From IMG/VR virus record IMGVR_UViG_3300045988_135160: DNA of 64,000 nt, one strand, 5' to 3'. Positions 19,896 to 29,613 of this stretch are shown piece by piece. The position numbers and the translations under genes were made by a program. The notes under the pieces were generated by a model that ran no database searches, was not told where the DNA came from, and saw only the letters and a program-made list of their open reading frames with translations. Source of the stretch: a virus. Within the stretch, counting starts at the first letter, position 1; the number at the start of each line of letters is the position of its first letter.

Positions 19896-20513
19896 ATGAG
19901 ACGAAGATTTCAAATAGGGATGGGGGTAAATCCCTCGCTTATAATCAATAAAGGCATATACATCCAACATGTAGATGGAGGATTATATACAAAAGAAAAT
20001 TGGTCTAATAAAGGATATTCCAATGATCTATGCAATGGAATAGCTCTTGTAGATAAAGTGTGTTTTGTTATAGCCACCGAATATATTGGCACATTTAGTT
20101 GGGGTAAGGATGGAGAAATAGACAATATATTTGCACAAGATAGTTCTCATATGGGAACTATTAAAAAGGATTATTGGGGGCGTGAAAATCAGAATGCGTA
20201 TCTTGAATATGATACCAGTAATACAGATTACGCTTTTAATAAAGCTAATAGCTATTTATTTAAAAATGGTCAAAATGGATATGTAGGTGGCGCCGGAGAG
20301 TTTTTTTTGATATCATTGTATGCTAATGAAATAAACGAATGCCTTTTAATGGTAGGAGGTACGATAATGAGTAATAGAATGTGGACATCCACTCGAAATG
20401 AAAAATTTTCCTATTCGTGGTATTATGATATAAACATCCAAGGAGATCATTTGGGTACAGGTTCAAGGGGTAGTTCACGTTATGTCCGTCCTTTTACTGA
20501 ATTAATTTTATAA
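19896..20513 (+). CDS. hypothetical protein beginning MRRRF (206 aa)
   Basis: ORF. Start moved to ATG 19896 (MRRRFQIG), because 19836-19895 overlaps the terminator hairpin. Shares the MRRRF N-terminus with 20518 and the mini-ORF at 8010. Confidence 0.5.
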   Translation: MRRRFQIGMGVNPSLIINKGIYIQHVDGGLYTKENWSNKGYSNDLCNGIALVDKVCFVIATEYIGTFSWGKDGEIDNIFAQDSSHMGTIKKDYWGRENQNAYLEYDTSNTDYAFNKANSYLFKNGQNGYVGGAGEFFLISLYANEINECLLMVGGTIMSNRMWTSTRNEKFSYSWYYDINIQGDHLGTGSRGSSRYVRPFTELIL

Positions 20514-20517
20514 AATT

Positions 20518-21255
20518 ATGAGAAGAAGATTTGAAAATAATGCTAAACTATATGAGTATAAGATAGTTAGCGATTGTATAGGGGGGGGGGTAATCGTAGA
20601 AGGAAAGAAAGTAGGCACCATTCCACAGGGCGGGCAATTTATCTTTCTGTCTAAAAAAGAACGGCTGGATTCCATAAGTGTCCAAGGCGGTGTTCCAATG
20701 GAAGATAGGCAAGAGATCGATAGTCAGGTTGATACGACAGAGGAATTGCTTGAACAGGATTCGGTGGTTCTTGCTATTGCTTTAACAACCTCTCCTTATT
20801 ATGGATTTAGAGTAAGTGTGATAGCACCTGATGAGTTTACGCTAAGAACAACCAATAGGATTAATAGAACCTTTTTAATAACAAGCTTTACTCCACCTGC
20901 TGCTATATACGGTGTAAACTTTGGTGATCCTATTGTCCTTAATTATGATAGTTACCAATATAAGATGCCAGATCTTGTAATTGATGGACCTCATGATAGA
21001 ATAGTTAGGGCAGATCCTAATCTTACTTGGGTTGTAAAATGTACAGACGCCGACTTTAAACCTTTGCCATATCCAGAATCATGGTCTGGCCAAGGTTTAA
21101 ATTCTATGTTCTTATCAGATATGAAACGTCTTGCTCCTGGTGATCATCATGTATCATATACAGCTTATATTAATTTGGACTTGATAAATGATGGCGGAAG
21201 TAAAGTTCATACTGAATATCTGATATTAAAAAAAACACTTAATTTTACGATATGA
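20518..21255 (+). CDS. hypothetical protein beginning MRRRF (245 aa)
   Basis: ORF. Contains a G10 homopolymer at 20581-20590, encoding GGG. Confidence 0.55.
   Translation: MRRRFENNAKLYEYKIVSDCIGGGVIVEGKKVGTIPQGGQFIFLSKKERLDSISVQGGVPMEDRQEIDSQVDTTEELLEQDSVVLAIALTTSPYYGFRVSVIAPDEFTLRTTNRINRTFLITSFTPPAAIYGVNFGDPIVLNYDSYQYKMPDLVIDGPHDRIVRADPNLTWVVKCTDADFKPLPYPESWSGQGLNSMFLSDMKRLAPGDHHVSYTAYINLDLINDGGSKVHTEYLILKKTLNFTI
20581..20590 (+). repeat. G10 homopolymer inside a coding sequence
   Basis: Ten consecutive G within ORF 20518-21255 in an AT-rich genome. Confidence 0.8.
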
Positions 21256-21301
21256 CAACAATCCCCAACCGTACGCCTATTGTATGGTTGGGGATTGTTG
21301 T
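21256..21301. terminator. perfect 15-bp-stem hairpin at the convergent junction of plus and minus gene blocks (bidirectional terminator)
   Basis: CAACAATCCCCAACC (21256-21270) and GGTTGGGGATTGTTG (21287-21301). Confidence 0.65.
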
Positions 21302-21344
21302 AGTTACCATCTTTTCTTGTATAAGCAGAACATGAAATAAGTTT

Positions 21345-21833
21345 CTAAGCATTAACTTCATGACCTCCCCTATCTGTGAAAACTAAACCAATACCTTCTA
21401 TGATATGTCCTACTACAGGAGCTTTGTCAAATTCCTCCTTCGTAGCCCAAGTAGCATTATCAGGCATAAGATCCTTGAATGCGTCCGAAACATCACCTTG
21501 GCACCAGCAGTTATTTGATACAACAATGCCTTTCCCTTCGATATTGATATACATCTTTCTTCCACCACATCCAAGGCTGTTCCATCCGCTCGGTACGTTT
21601 TCCACCATAGGCTTAAGCACCCAGCTTTCACCGTCTATCCTAACCCATCCTGGATCGTCTTTGTGCTTGTCGTACATATTTTGCCAAAAAGAGCATTCGT
21701 AGCACCACCCCCTGTCTTCCATGACAGTTCTTATCTCACACCTTTCAAATCCATCTGCATCCATCGTGTGCGGAGAATGAGGCTGGTGAGGGGTGCCACA
21801 TTTTGGGCATACGAGTTTTAAATTATTTTCCAT
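21345..21833 (-). CDS. hypothetical Cys-rich protein (162 aa)
   Basis: ORF with the same strand as the minus-strand block. CPKCG and CYEC Cys pairs. Confidence 0.5.
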   Translation of the reverse strand: MENNLKLVCPKCGTPHQPHSPHTMDADGFERCEIRTVMEDRGWCYECSFWQNMYDKHKDDPGWVRIDGESWVLKPMVENVPSGWNSLGCGGRKMYINIEGKGIVVSNNCWCQGDVSDAFKDLMPDNATWATKEEFDKAPVVGHIIEGIGLVFTDRGGHEVNA

Positions 21834-21834
21834 A

Positions 21835-22071
21835 TTATTTTACTTTCACGATCTTAATAGAATCTCCGATATTGTATTCCCCTTGGTATCTAACGAATTT
21901 TATGATTCTATTATGTTTAAATATTGAAATTCTTTCGTCTTCAGCATAATACATCACACGTCCACCCTGTAAAGGACGTAAATCATATATAACCCATCCG
22001 TTATTAACCTGACTATCATCATGCGAACATGATGATAACACAAGTGTCATCAATAAAACAAAATACCTCAT
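21835..22071 (-). CDS. putative small lipoprotein (78 aa)
   Basis: N-terminal signal peptide with LSSC lipobox-like motif. Confidence 0.4.
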   Translation of the reverse strand: MRYFVLLMTLVLSSCSHDDSQVNNGWVIYDLRPLQGGRVMYYAEDERISIFKHNRIIKFVRYQGEYNIGDSIKIVKVK

Positions 22072-22266
22072 ATTATTTTCAACATAAAAATTTATAACCT
22101 ATTTTTACTGCCTCTGCTTCTTCTCTCGTATCAAACATTAAGGTAGTGACAGCTCCTATGCCTTCACAAACGTAAGACACTTTCACCCACCACCTAAAAA
22201 CCCCAGAGCCATAATCATCATAGTACGGCTCAGAAAGAACTTCTTCTACATACCCATCCAAATAAT

Positions 22267-22989
22267 TCACGATCGCTCCTCCTTATTTTTAGATTCAGCC
22301 TCTTCAAGTATGCTGATCACCTTATCAACAATATCCGAATCAGACATTTTCTCAATAAAAATATCCATTGCCTTAGTTATGTCATTGGCTTCTTTTTCCT
22401 CAAGAGCTATTTCCCCACCGGTAATAGCATCAGATAATGATGTAGATAAGTGTCTTATCTTATCAATGCTCATAAACGTAAATGGATTACCACCTTGACC
22501 CCCACCCATTTCTTTCATGATCTGATATCCACCTGAGATAAGTCTGCCTGATGTCGTGGCCAAGGAGGATACGATTAGGGACAGTACCGCCGCTTCCGTC
22601 CGCTCCTCGGACACACCCCTCGACCACACGGCTGTCCTTATAGCGCCGGCCAGATCGTCTATGTATGGCATGAGGCAATCTTCCATCGCTTGTGTTATAT
22701 CAGCTATAACCTCACTACGCTCTTTATTTATGTAGTAGATAGAAGCATTGTACCTCTTTATCTCTTTGTCCATATCATTTAAAAGACGCTTGATATTGTG
22801 CTTATACATAGGACCACCCTTAATCACTTCCTTTAGCTTAAGAATGTAATTATAAGCCTGGTCGTTTACGAACAACGTCATGGTCTCAACCGTTGAATGA
22901 AGCGTGTTGAGACTGTTAAGAATCTTATCGAAATTGTTTATCAAATAAGCTTTTCTGGCTTTTGCTGCATAGTTAATCATCGCATTCAA
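22267..22989 (-). CDS. hypothetical protein (240 aa)
   Basis: ORF in a tightly packed, same-strand array. Confidence 0.5.
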   Translation of the reverse strand: MNAMINYAAKARKAYLINNFDKILNSLNTLHSTVETMTLFVNDQAYNYILKLKEVIKGGPMYKHNIKRLLNDMDKEIKRYNASIYYINKERSEVIADITQAMEDCLMPYIDDLAGAIRTAVWSRGVSEERTEAAVLSLIVSSLATTSGRLISGGYQIMKEMGGGQGGNPFTFMSIDKIRHLSTSLSDAITGGEIALEEKEANDITKAMDIFIEKMSDSDIVDKVISILEEAESKNKEERS

Positions 22990-23515
22990 ATTTTAGATTT
23001 TCAAGTTCGTGTATTTGTAACCTAAGAGACTTAATTAAATCCGTTCTCTGTTCCTCTGCATGTTTTAAAGCCTCTTCCTTGCTTTCAAAAGCACAATCCC
23101 CTATCTGATAAGGGGTGTAACGACCAGGAGTGTCGGCTAATAAAAGACCACCACAATCTTCTATTCTGGCTTTTACCTTTCTTATTTTCCCATCTTTTAG
23201 ACACATGTCTGTAACCCATACGAATTTACCATATAATTTATCATACTCTTCTGATCTCTCTTCTTGCAATTCATACCATTTAGGCTTAGGAAATCTTAAT
23301 GTGAATTTAACCTCAGTATCTTTTTCTAAGACATTAATATCGTATGCTTCCGGCCACAGCTCTTTTATGCTGTCTTCGTCTTCGGCATACGCTACAAGTA
23401 TGAATGAATCATCGGATTCACCACTATACCAATATGGATATTTTATAGGCCATTTGACTGGACGGTAGTCGTTACCGCAGTCGGATTTTTTAATGTAAAA
23501 TCTTGCTCTAATCAT
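22973..23515 (-). CDS. hypothetical protein (180 aa)
   Basis: ORF overlapping its neighbours by a few codons. Confidence 0.5.
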   Translation of the reverse strand: MIRARFYIKKSDCGNDYRPVKWPIKYPYWYSGESDDSFILVAYAEDEDSIKELWPEAYDINVLEKDTEVKFTLRFPKPKWYELQEERSEEYDKLYGKFVWVTDMCLKDGKIRKVKARIEDCGGLLLADTPGRYTPYQIGDCAFESKEEALKHAEEQRTDLIKSLRLQIHELENLKFECDD

Positions 23516-23522
23516 ATCGTTA

Positions 23523-23834
23523 TTAATCTGATAATTTTTCTATTTTAATTAATTTTGATGATAGATACATATTCCATTTCCCTCTGCCTCTGTCACCTTT
23601 TTCGTTTTGTTTTTGGATTGTCAAGTACAGATCTCCGTCTTCACATACTTCAACTTTTTTCAAGAAGCCTATCATTTCATCTCCTGTTTCGTGTAAAATA
23701 CGGATCTTATCTCCTTCTTTTAACCCATAATTGGAATCAAAATATTCTTTTTTGATTCTATCAATGTTGTCTTTATGGTTTTTTATAGCATAAAGCTCTT
23801 TTCTTAATAAATAATTTAGTTGTTCTATTGTCAT
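23523..23834 (-). CDS. hypothetical protein (103 aa)
   Basis: ORF with a 4-nt overlap onto the upstream gene. Confidence 0.45.
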   Translation of the reverse strand: MTIEQLNYLLRKELYAIKNHKDNIDRIKKEYFDSNYGLKEGDKIRILHETGDEMIGFLKKVEVCEDGDLYLTIQKQNEKGDRGRGKWNMYLSSKLIKIEKLSD

Positions 23835-24388
23835 TTCTTTTCCTCCTTATTTAATGGTATCAACCCTTTTCCATGCTTGTCATACCACAGCATAGCTATG
23901 CAGTTCCATGCACATTGTGCAAGATGAAAACATCCTGTATCGGGATCCACTCTTTCCCCTTTCATGTATTCCATCAGGTGTCGAAACATCGCAGCACGGT
24001 ACCGTTCAAATCCGTTGTCAAGGTTCTGCCAAGTATTAGGATCGTACTTTTTGGCTCCGGCATGATAGACTTTTACAATGTCCTCAATCTCTTCCATTGG
24101 AAGCAAATCCCATCGTAGTTTATCATCAATGATGTCATTTTTCACCGATTTGTTTTCTATGGGGTCTTTGGTAAGAATAATATCCATAATATCCGTTTCT
24201 ATGACGAACGTCTCCCCATTGCAACAAACCTCAGCATATTTATCATTTACTTCTATGTCTGATACTGCCTCCGCTATAGCTCCTTTGACGATTTTAAATT
24301 CGGCACTGATTATATCATCTTTTAATATGCGAAAAATAGATCCTTTTGGATAAAGGATATTTTCAGTATTATCATCCATCTTTTCCAT
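23831..24388 (-). CDS. MazG-related dATP/dGTP pyrophosphohydrolase-like protein
   Basis: Segment RYRAAMFRHLMEYMKGERVDPDTGCFHLAQCAWNCIAMLWY resembles the phage dATP/dGTP diphosphohydrolase (DUF550-like) signature RHxxxxxxGxxxDxxSGxxHLAHxxxN. Confidence 0.45.
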   Translation of the reverse strand: MEKMDDNTENILYPKGSIFRILKDDIISAEFKIVKGAIAEAVSDIEVNDKYAEVCCNGETFVIETDIMDIILTKDPIENKSVKNDIIDDKLRWDLLPMEEIEDIVKVYHAGAKKYDPNTWQNLDNGFERYRAAMFRHLMEYMKGERVDPDTGCFHLAQCAWNCIAMLWYDKHGKGLIPLNKEEKK

Positions 24389-24440
24389 TGCTTTATCGTT
24401 GTTTTACCTCATTTCGATAGTAATATAATCCATCTTCGTC

Positions 24441-24728
24441 TTACACTCTATCATTCCTGTTTTTCTCAAAATACTGCCTTACGGCTTCAATCGCCTTATC
24501 GTCATCAAAAGCCTCTACAAATTCCTCATAGAATCTATTTCGTTCCATAGAGAACGTGTTGCTTCCTTCCGGAATGGTTCTGAATACAACTACTTTCTCT
24601 CCGTCTATGTTTGTTCCTATTATGTTATTGTGAAGAATAATAGAATAGCGCCCAGAGCTTTTGTTCTGGACGACACTATGTTCGAGATTGTAGAGTCTAA
24701 GTAGTTCTCTTATTTCTTTTACTCCCAT
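24441..24728 (-). CDS. hypothetical protein (95 aa)
   Basis: ORF track only. Confidence 0.4.
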   Translation of the reverse strand: MGVKEIRELLRLYNLEHSVVQNKSSGRYSIILHNNIIGTNIDGEKVVVFRTIPEGSNTFSMERNRFYEEFVEAFDDDKAIEAVRQYFEKNRNDRV

Positions 24729-24770
24729 GTTATGAAAAATATTAAATTCAATAAAATCTATTATGTTTCT

Positions 24771-26028
24771 TTATAAGTTTCCGGATATATTCATTTTGTA
24801 AAATACATTCGTAATCCTTACCGGGTTAAACAATAACCCTCTATCGATTATCCTACGAATTGATTCACAGGAATCACCGACTACTTTTCTCATAATGTTT
24901 AATGCTCCATTTATGTCTGCATTTATGAGTTTTCCTACCGAGGATTGAAACAATCCTCGGTTCTTCCTCTTTCCTAAATAGTTTTCATGTTTTCCTATCT
25001 TCTCAAATGCTAATGAATCACATTTTGAAGTATATGACTCTTCATGAATAACTATTTCAATACCAGCTAATTCACATTTATATTCTAAGTAACTCACCAA
25101 TCTCGCAAAAGGGATTTGTGTGAATTTCTGGTTATTCCTTTTTCCCATATTCACATTCTGTTTCCATCCCTTGTTATAGCCTACAACTAATTTTGTTATC
25201 TTAGAATCGACAAGCAAATCAACTATCTTTCTACTGATTTTATGAAAGACATCTTCTATGTACTGTTCCCTATCATAATATAATTTCTTTATTCGCTTTG
25301 TTATTCCTTTTATCTTTTGTAAATCCTTGATACTATTTAATTTAGCAAGTGTTTTATTAAATAATTGATTGTATGATTTAACAAATTTACCACTAAACAA
25401 AACAGTAAAATCCTCACTTACTAATGTTGCAAGATTATCAATCCCTAAATCGATTGAAGCAACTTTCTCTTCCCTACATTTAGATACTCCAGTATCTTTT
25501 ACCTCATAAATGATTTCTATTTTATATCCACACGCTAATGGTTTTATTCTAATCTGTTTGAAATCTTTTATCAAATCAGAATACTTTTCATATTGAGGAA
25601 TACTTATTGAAATATCTTTTGATAGGATTATTTTTCCATCTTTTATTTTGCAACTCTGATTCGTGTAATACAAATTAAATTCAGATCCTCTTTTTTCTAT
25701 AACTTGGAAGGCCTGGTTTTTCCCTATACTTATTATAATTTTTCTTGTAATCTTGGACCGATTTGTAGTAACCTTTAATGTTTTTATCAAGAATACGAAG
25801 AATTTGTTGTGAACATTGCGCCTTTAATAATTTGTAATTAATATCTCCATCCAAATTCTTGGTATTTTTCATGATAGCATCAAGTTCAAAATAGGACAAC
25901 CACTTATCTTCTTTAGAAAGTGTTTCTCTGAAAATATACAATGCCTGATTGTACAAGTTGTTGCTAATCTTGCATAAAGATGATATATTTTCATTTTGTC
26001 CTATGTTAAACTTATATACTAATCTCAT
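24771..26028 (-). pseudogene. tnpB: TnpB copy 2, disrupted by a frameshift (N-part 25681-26028, C-part 24771-25790)
   Basis: The two overlapping ORFs together align to TnpB-1. They share MRLVYKF, SIDLGIDNLA, EESYTSKC, CDSLAFEKIGKHENY and INADINGALNI. The frame switches within the run at 25691-25696. One extra base there would give a single roughly 430-aa ORF. Confidence 0.75.
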
Positions 26029-26134
26029 GATTTTTAATACATTAAATGCTATTTACAAACCATACATCTAAGATACATATTCCATTTATATTACAGAATA
26101 GAATCAATTATTTTTAATGTTATTTTACATTATA

Positions 26135-26902
26135 TTATTTTACTTTTTTAGAGGTTACAGCCTCTTCTCCCCATTTCTTTACATATATAGATCTCATCAT
26201 GTTCATTAAATTAGAGAAAGAAGAGATGGTTCCCATCTCTATGCAGAATGCAAGATTAGACTGTAGGGTTTCAAGTTCTTTCAACTGCTCCTGTGTAGCC
26301 CTATTTCTTATCATGCTTTCATGCTCATTAAATACAATCCAATTTAAGCCTTTAGCCATCTTGGAGTAATCGGCATCCGGAAATCTTGATATAGCTCTTG
26401 ACAAGACATTGTATTTATCACCTGCCTCTATTCGGTTTAAGATAAGCTTATCTGTTAACCACGTAACAACCTCAGCATACAACATAGGGTTTAGTTCCAT
26501 AGCTACAAGCACCCATATATATGGATTACACATAGTTCTCCTATTCTCTCCTCTACCCATTGTCTTATAAGCTCCCATTTTTTTCATCACTTTTATAAGT
26601 GACTCTTTTTCAACAGATTGTATAAAACCAGGAAATCCTGATTCTATCTTATATCCTTGTTTTTCAAGGATATAGTAAACACGTTCCGCACTCTCCTTAT
26701 TAGATAGGATATTCTCTATTCTCTTTTCATTCCACCCCATCTCAACCCTCTTCTTCGTATAGGCTTCCTGAAGGTCTGTTAAGGACATAAACGAAGTTTT
26801 AGTGTCCTGCTTAATTATTACGCCAAATAATTCTCGGTCTTTTGATACCATTGTAACATTTGTTTTCATAAAATATAACACATAAAAAATAATACGATAC
26901 AA
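26135..26902 (-). CDS. KilA-N domain protein
   Basis: Segment NPYIWVLVAMELNPMLYAEVVTWL matches the KilA-N C-terminal signature (GtWvhpdLA..fA.WlsPeF). Confidence 0.45.
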   Translation of the reverse strand: MYRIIFYVLYFMKTNVTMVSKDRELFGVIIKQDTKTSFMSLTDLQEAYTKKRVEMGWNEKRIENILSNKESAERVYYILEKQGYKIESGFPGFIQSVEKESLIKVMKKMGAYKTMGRGENRRTMCNPYIWVLVAMELNPMLYAEVVTWLTDKLILNRIEAGDKYNVLSRAISRFPDADYSKMAKGLNWIVFNEHESMIRNRATQEQLKELETLQSNLAFCIEMGTISSFSNLMNMMRSIYVKKWGEEAVTSKKVK

Positions 26903-26966
26903 AAATATGTATCGTATTATATCTATACAAATATATTGTGTTAAATTTTATGATTATATTTTTACG

Positions 26967-27329
26967 TTATGCGCCTATGGCTGCCTCTAAATTCCCTATA
27001 ATACCAGTTTCTATGTCATTGATTTTATCATCAATGGTTGAAACCGCATTCTCTAAATCCCCTACAATACTTTCTATATCATCAACAACCGCCTCCATAT
27101 TAGCTACAGCCTCATCTGATTGATAATATCTTTCTGTATCTTGTAACGACTCCGGCATATTATCTCTTGCTTCCGTCTCTTCGTCTAAAATCATATCAAC
27201 ATCATCCTTGGCTGAATCCAGATTATGCCTAACCTCTGACAGCTTTGATTTGATAAACTCAAGATCTGTTTTATGCTTTTCCAAATTGGAAATAATATCC
27301 TCTATTTTCTTACGTCTTTTGCTGTTCAT
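26967..27329 (-). CDS. acidic hypothetical protein (120 aa)
   Basis: ORF with a 4-nt overlap onto the helicase gene. Confidence 0.4.
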   Translation of the reverse strand: MNSKRRKKIEDIISNLEKHKTDLEFIKSKLSEVRHNLDSAKDDVDMILDEETEARDNMPESLQDTERYYQSDEAVANMEAVVDDIESIVGDLENAVSTIDDKINDIETGIIGNLEAAIGA

Positions 27330-28747
27330 GCTTTTATTCTATTATAATATTCGATAATCTTTTCTTTCCTGTCTCCTGGTTTTACTGCCATATTCTCAGC
27401 CAAGAACCTAAAATACGACACTGGTATGTCCTTGAATCTAATTCCTTCATATTTTCCAAACCACATTATTATGCTGTCAAGATCGTCCTCTCTCCTACCA
27501 TCTCCATTTACGGATTTAAGCGAGGCTGCCCGACGAAGGATCTCGTCTTTGGTAATAATATCACCCATCCTTATATTAGACAGAAGTTGATCGCCGGCAA
27601 ACATACACCAGCCCTTAGAAGGGAATTGCTCGATTGTCAGGTCTTCTATCCGACCAAAGCGCCTCATGTTGTCGCAGCAGTCAACTATCAGCGCCTCTTT
27701 CTTGTCAGGATGGATGCGGACGCACCTGCCGAGCACCTGGTAATATGTTGAATATGAGAATGTTGGTCGTCCAAACATCACACAATCAAGTTCGGGAAAA
27801 TCAAATCCGGTAGCAAGCGTTGAATAATTAAAAACCACCTTCAACTTACCTTCTTTGAAATCGGATATGATTTGCTCTCTTTTCTTTTTGGTTGTTAGCG
27901 ATGTTACGACACCGGTTATGGCTCCCATCCTGGCATTCATGAACTCTGATATTCTATTACATGATTCGATAGAATCCATGCAAACCAAAATAGCTTTACG
28001 CTCGTTCATAAGTTGAAGAAGGCGCTTGTAGATAGAGTTGTTTAAGCCGTTTCGTACGATGCTTTCTTTAATAGATTCGTTGGTATATTCGGCTCCGGTA
28101 CTGTTTAATATCAGAGCCGATTCATCAAACGACCATCGTTCGTACTTAAGAGGGCACCAAAATCCCTGAGAAGTTAGCTCTTGTATTTGAGTCACATGAA
28201 CTATCTTCTTAAAGAAATTATGCTCGTCTTTCGTCAGCATATTAAGTTTGCTGTAGTTTCCTTCCAGCATGGAGCTGTAGGTCCGGAGGCGGCAGGGCGT
28301 GGCGGTGAAGCCCAGCACCTTCGCCTCTGGGAACCTGTTCATAAACTCCATAAATTCAGAACCTTCTTCAGGAGAATACCCGCTATGCACCTCATCTATC
28401 AATAATGTGTCTATCCCTATATCTTTCAACCTTGCTACGTCTTTCTTTATGCTTTTAAGTGTAGCATAAGTCATAGCCGATAACTCTTTTTTTTTACATG
28501 AAGCAGAATATATGGTAGGTTTAGAACCGAATGATACAGCCTTCGCATAATTCTGCTCCAGAATCTCTTTAGATGGCTGTAATACAAGGATAGGTCTTTT
28601 TAATTCATGAGCTATCTTGCTAATTATCAAAGACTTCCCCGCTGCACACGGCAAGACTTCTATGCCAGGCTTCTTAGATCTTCCTGTAAGGAACTTAAGC
28701 CCGGCATCTACTGCCTCTTTTTGGTAAGGTCTAAGTTCAAAGCCCAT
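27326..28747 (-). CDS. SF2 DEAD/DEAH-box helicase with a C-terminal DUF3820-like tail
   Basis: Walker A PCAAGKS, DEVH box, FTATP, QVLGRCVRIH motif VI. C-terminal MWFGKYEGIRFKDIPVSYFRFL small phage domain. Confidence 0.8.
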   Translation of the reverse strand: MGFELRPYQKEAVDAGLKFLTGRSKKPGIEVLPCAAGKSLIISKIAHELKRPILVLQPSKEILEQNYAKAVSFGSKPTIYSASCKKKELSAMTYATLKSIKKDVARLKDIGIDTLLIDEVHSGYSPEEGSEFMEFMNRFPEAKVLGFTATPCRLRTYSSMLEGNYSKLNMLTKDEHNFFKKIVHVTQIQELTSQGFWCPLKYERWSFDESALILNSTGAEYTNESIKESIVRNGLNNSIYKRLLQLMNERKAILVCMDSIESCNRISEFMNARMGAITGVVTSLTTKKKREQIISDFKEGKLKVVFNYSTLATGFDFPELDCVMFGRPTFSYSTYYQVLGRCVRIHPDKKEALIVDCCDNMRRFGRIEDLTIEQFPSKGWCMFAGDQLLSNIRMGDIITKDEILRRAASLKSVNGDGRREDDLDSIIMWFGKYEGIRFKDIPVSYFRFLAENMAVKPGDRKEKIIEYYNRIKA

Positions 28748-29114
28748 CGCAATCTATTTTACTGTTTTTTGAAAGTTCTATTATCGCCTCTTTCAACATC
28801 TCCCTTGCTTTATCTTCGTTATCTTCAAGCAAGCATACACTGCACGATATGCCCATACGATCCCCATAAGCCTCGGCATTACCTAATGTGAATGCGCAGC
28901 AGTAATCATAATCCATGTTTTTTGCTACGGCAATAAACTGATTATCTTCTATCAGTACAGCATATTCAGCATCAGTTTCACACATGATAATGGCTTTATC
29001 TTTTTTTATAGACAACACCTTGTTTCTGAAAAGTCCGTTATAAATCCATAGTTCTTTTCCTGTATTTTTATAAAACACAGCCATATCTTCCTTGATTGTG
29101 ACTTCTTTTTTCAT
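28737..29114 (-). CDS. hypothetical protein (125 aa)
   Basis: ORF track only. Confidence 0.45.
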   Translation of the reverse strand: MKKEVTIKEDMAVFYKNTGKELWIYNGLFRNKVLSIKKDKAIIMCETDAEYAVLIEDNQFIAVAKNMDYDYCCAFTLGNAEAYGDRMGISCSVCLLEDNEDKAREMLKEAIIELSKNSKIDCDGL

Positions 29115-29117
29115 GAC

Positions 29118-29474
29118 TTACTTGTGTTTAACATCAGTAATTAAAATGTATTTTTTAACAATATCTTCAAGACTCACAGAAGAACGTATATATGGTTTTT
29201 CTTCGTACTCATATAGAACGTACCCTTCTTTTATGTCTAATATCTTAATCACATGCTTGCCTCTTTCAAATGGATCCTCAAAGTAGTTCTTATGTTCGTA
29301 TCTTTGACCGACTTTGATTTTGTCAGTTTTCTTCTTCATCTTATAACGATCTACTGCTCTACCTGTTTTTATGAAAGCTGTCGTGAGTAAGTATAATAAA
29401 ACTAAATACAAAAGGATCGCTACTCCACATATTAGATCTTCTTTCATTGGACTCCTTTTAAATAGTTGAACCAT
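29118..29474 (-). CDS. membrane protein (118 aa)
   Basis: One predicted TM helix (ILLYLVLLYLLTTAFI). Confidence 0.4.
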   Translation of the reverse strand: MVQLFKRSPMKEDLICGVAILLYLVLLYLLTTAFIKTGRAVDRYKMKKKTDKIKVGQRYEHKNYFEDPFERGKHVIKILDIKEGYVLYEYEEKPYIRSSVSLEDIVKKYILITDVKHK

Positions 29475-29613
29475 ATATCCTCCATCTTCTCCTGAAGCTC
29501 AAACGCTTTCTTGAAATTCCCGCATCGTACAGCAACGTCTCTCATGTATGTCAAGTTTATAACTTCCGGATCTTGCCGGTATTTTGTTCTTAACTTTTGA
29601 ACATCCTCGTATT

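Noticed and set aside
21376-21702. Plus-strand ORF 21376-21702
   Set aside because: Antisense to the better-supported minus-strand gene 21345-21833. It lies beyond the convergent terminator hairpin.
25681-25700. Programmed -1 ribosomal frameshift at A_AAA_AAG in tnpB-2
   Set aside because: The heptamer is present, but the downstream frame that continues the TnpB alignment is +1, not -1, relative to the upstream frame. A simple indel or sequencing error at the homopolymer is more parsimonious.
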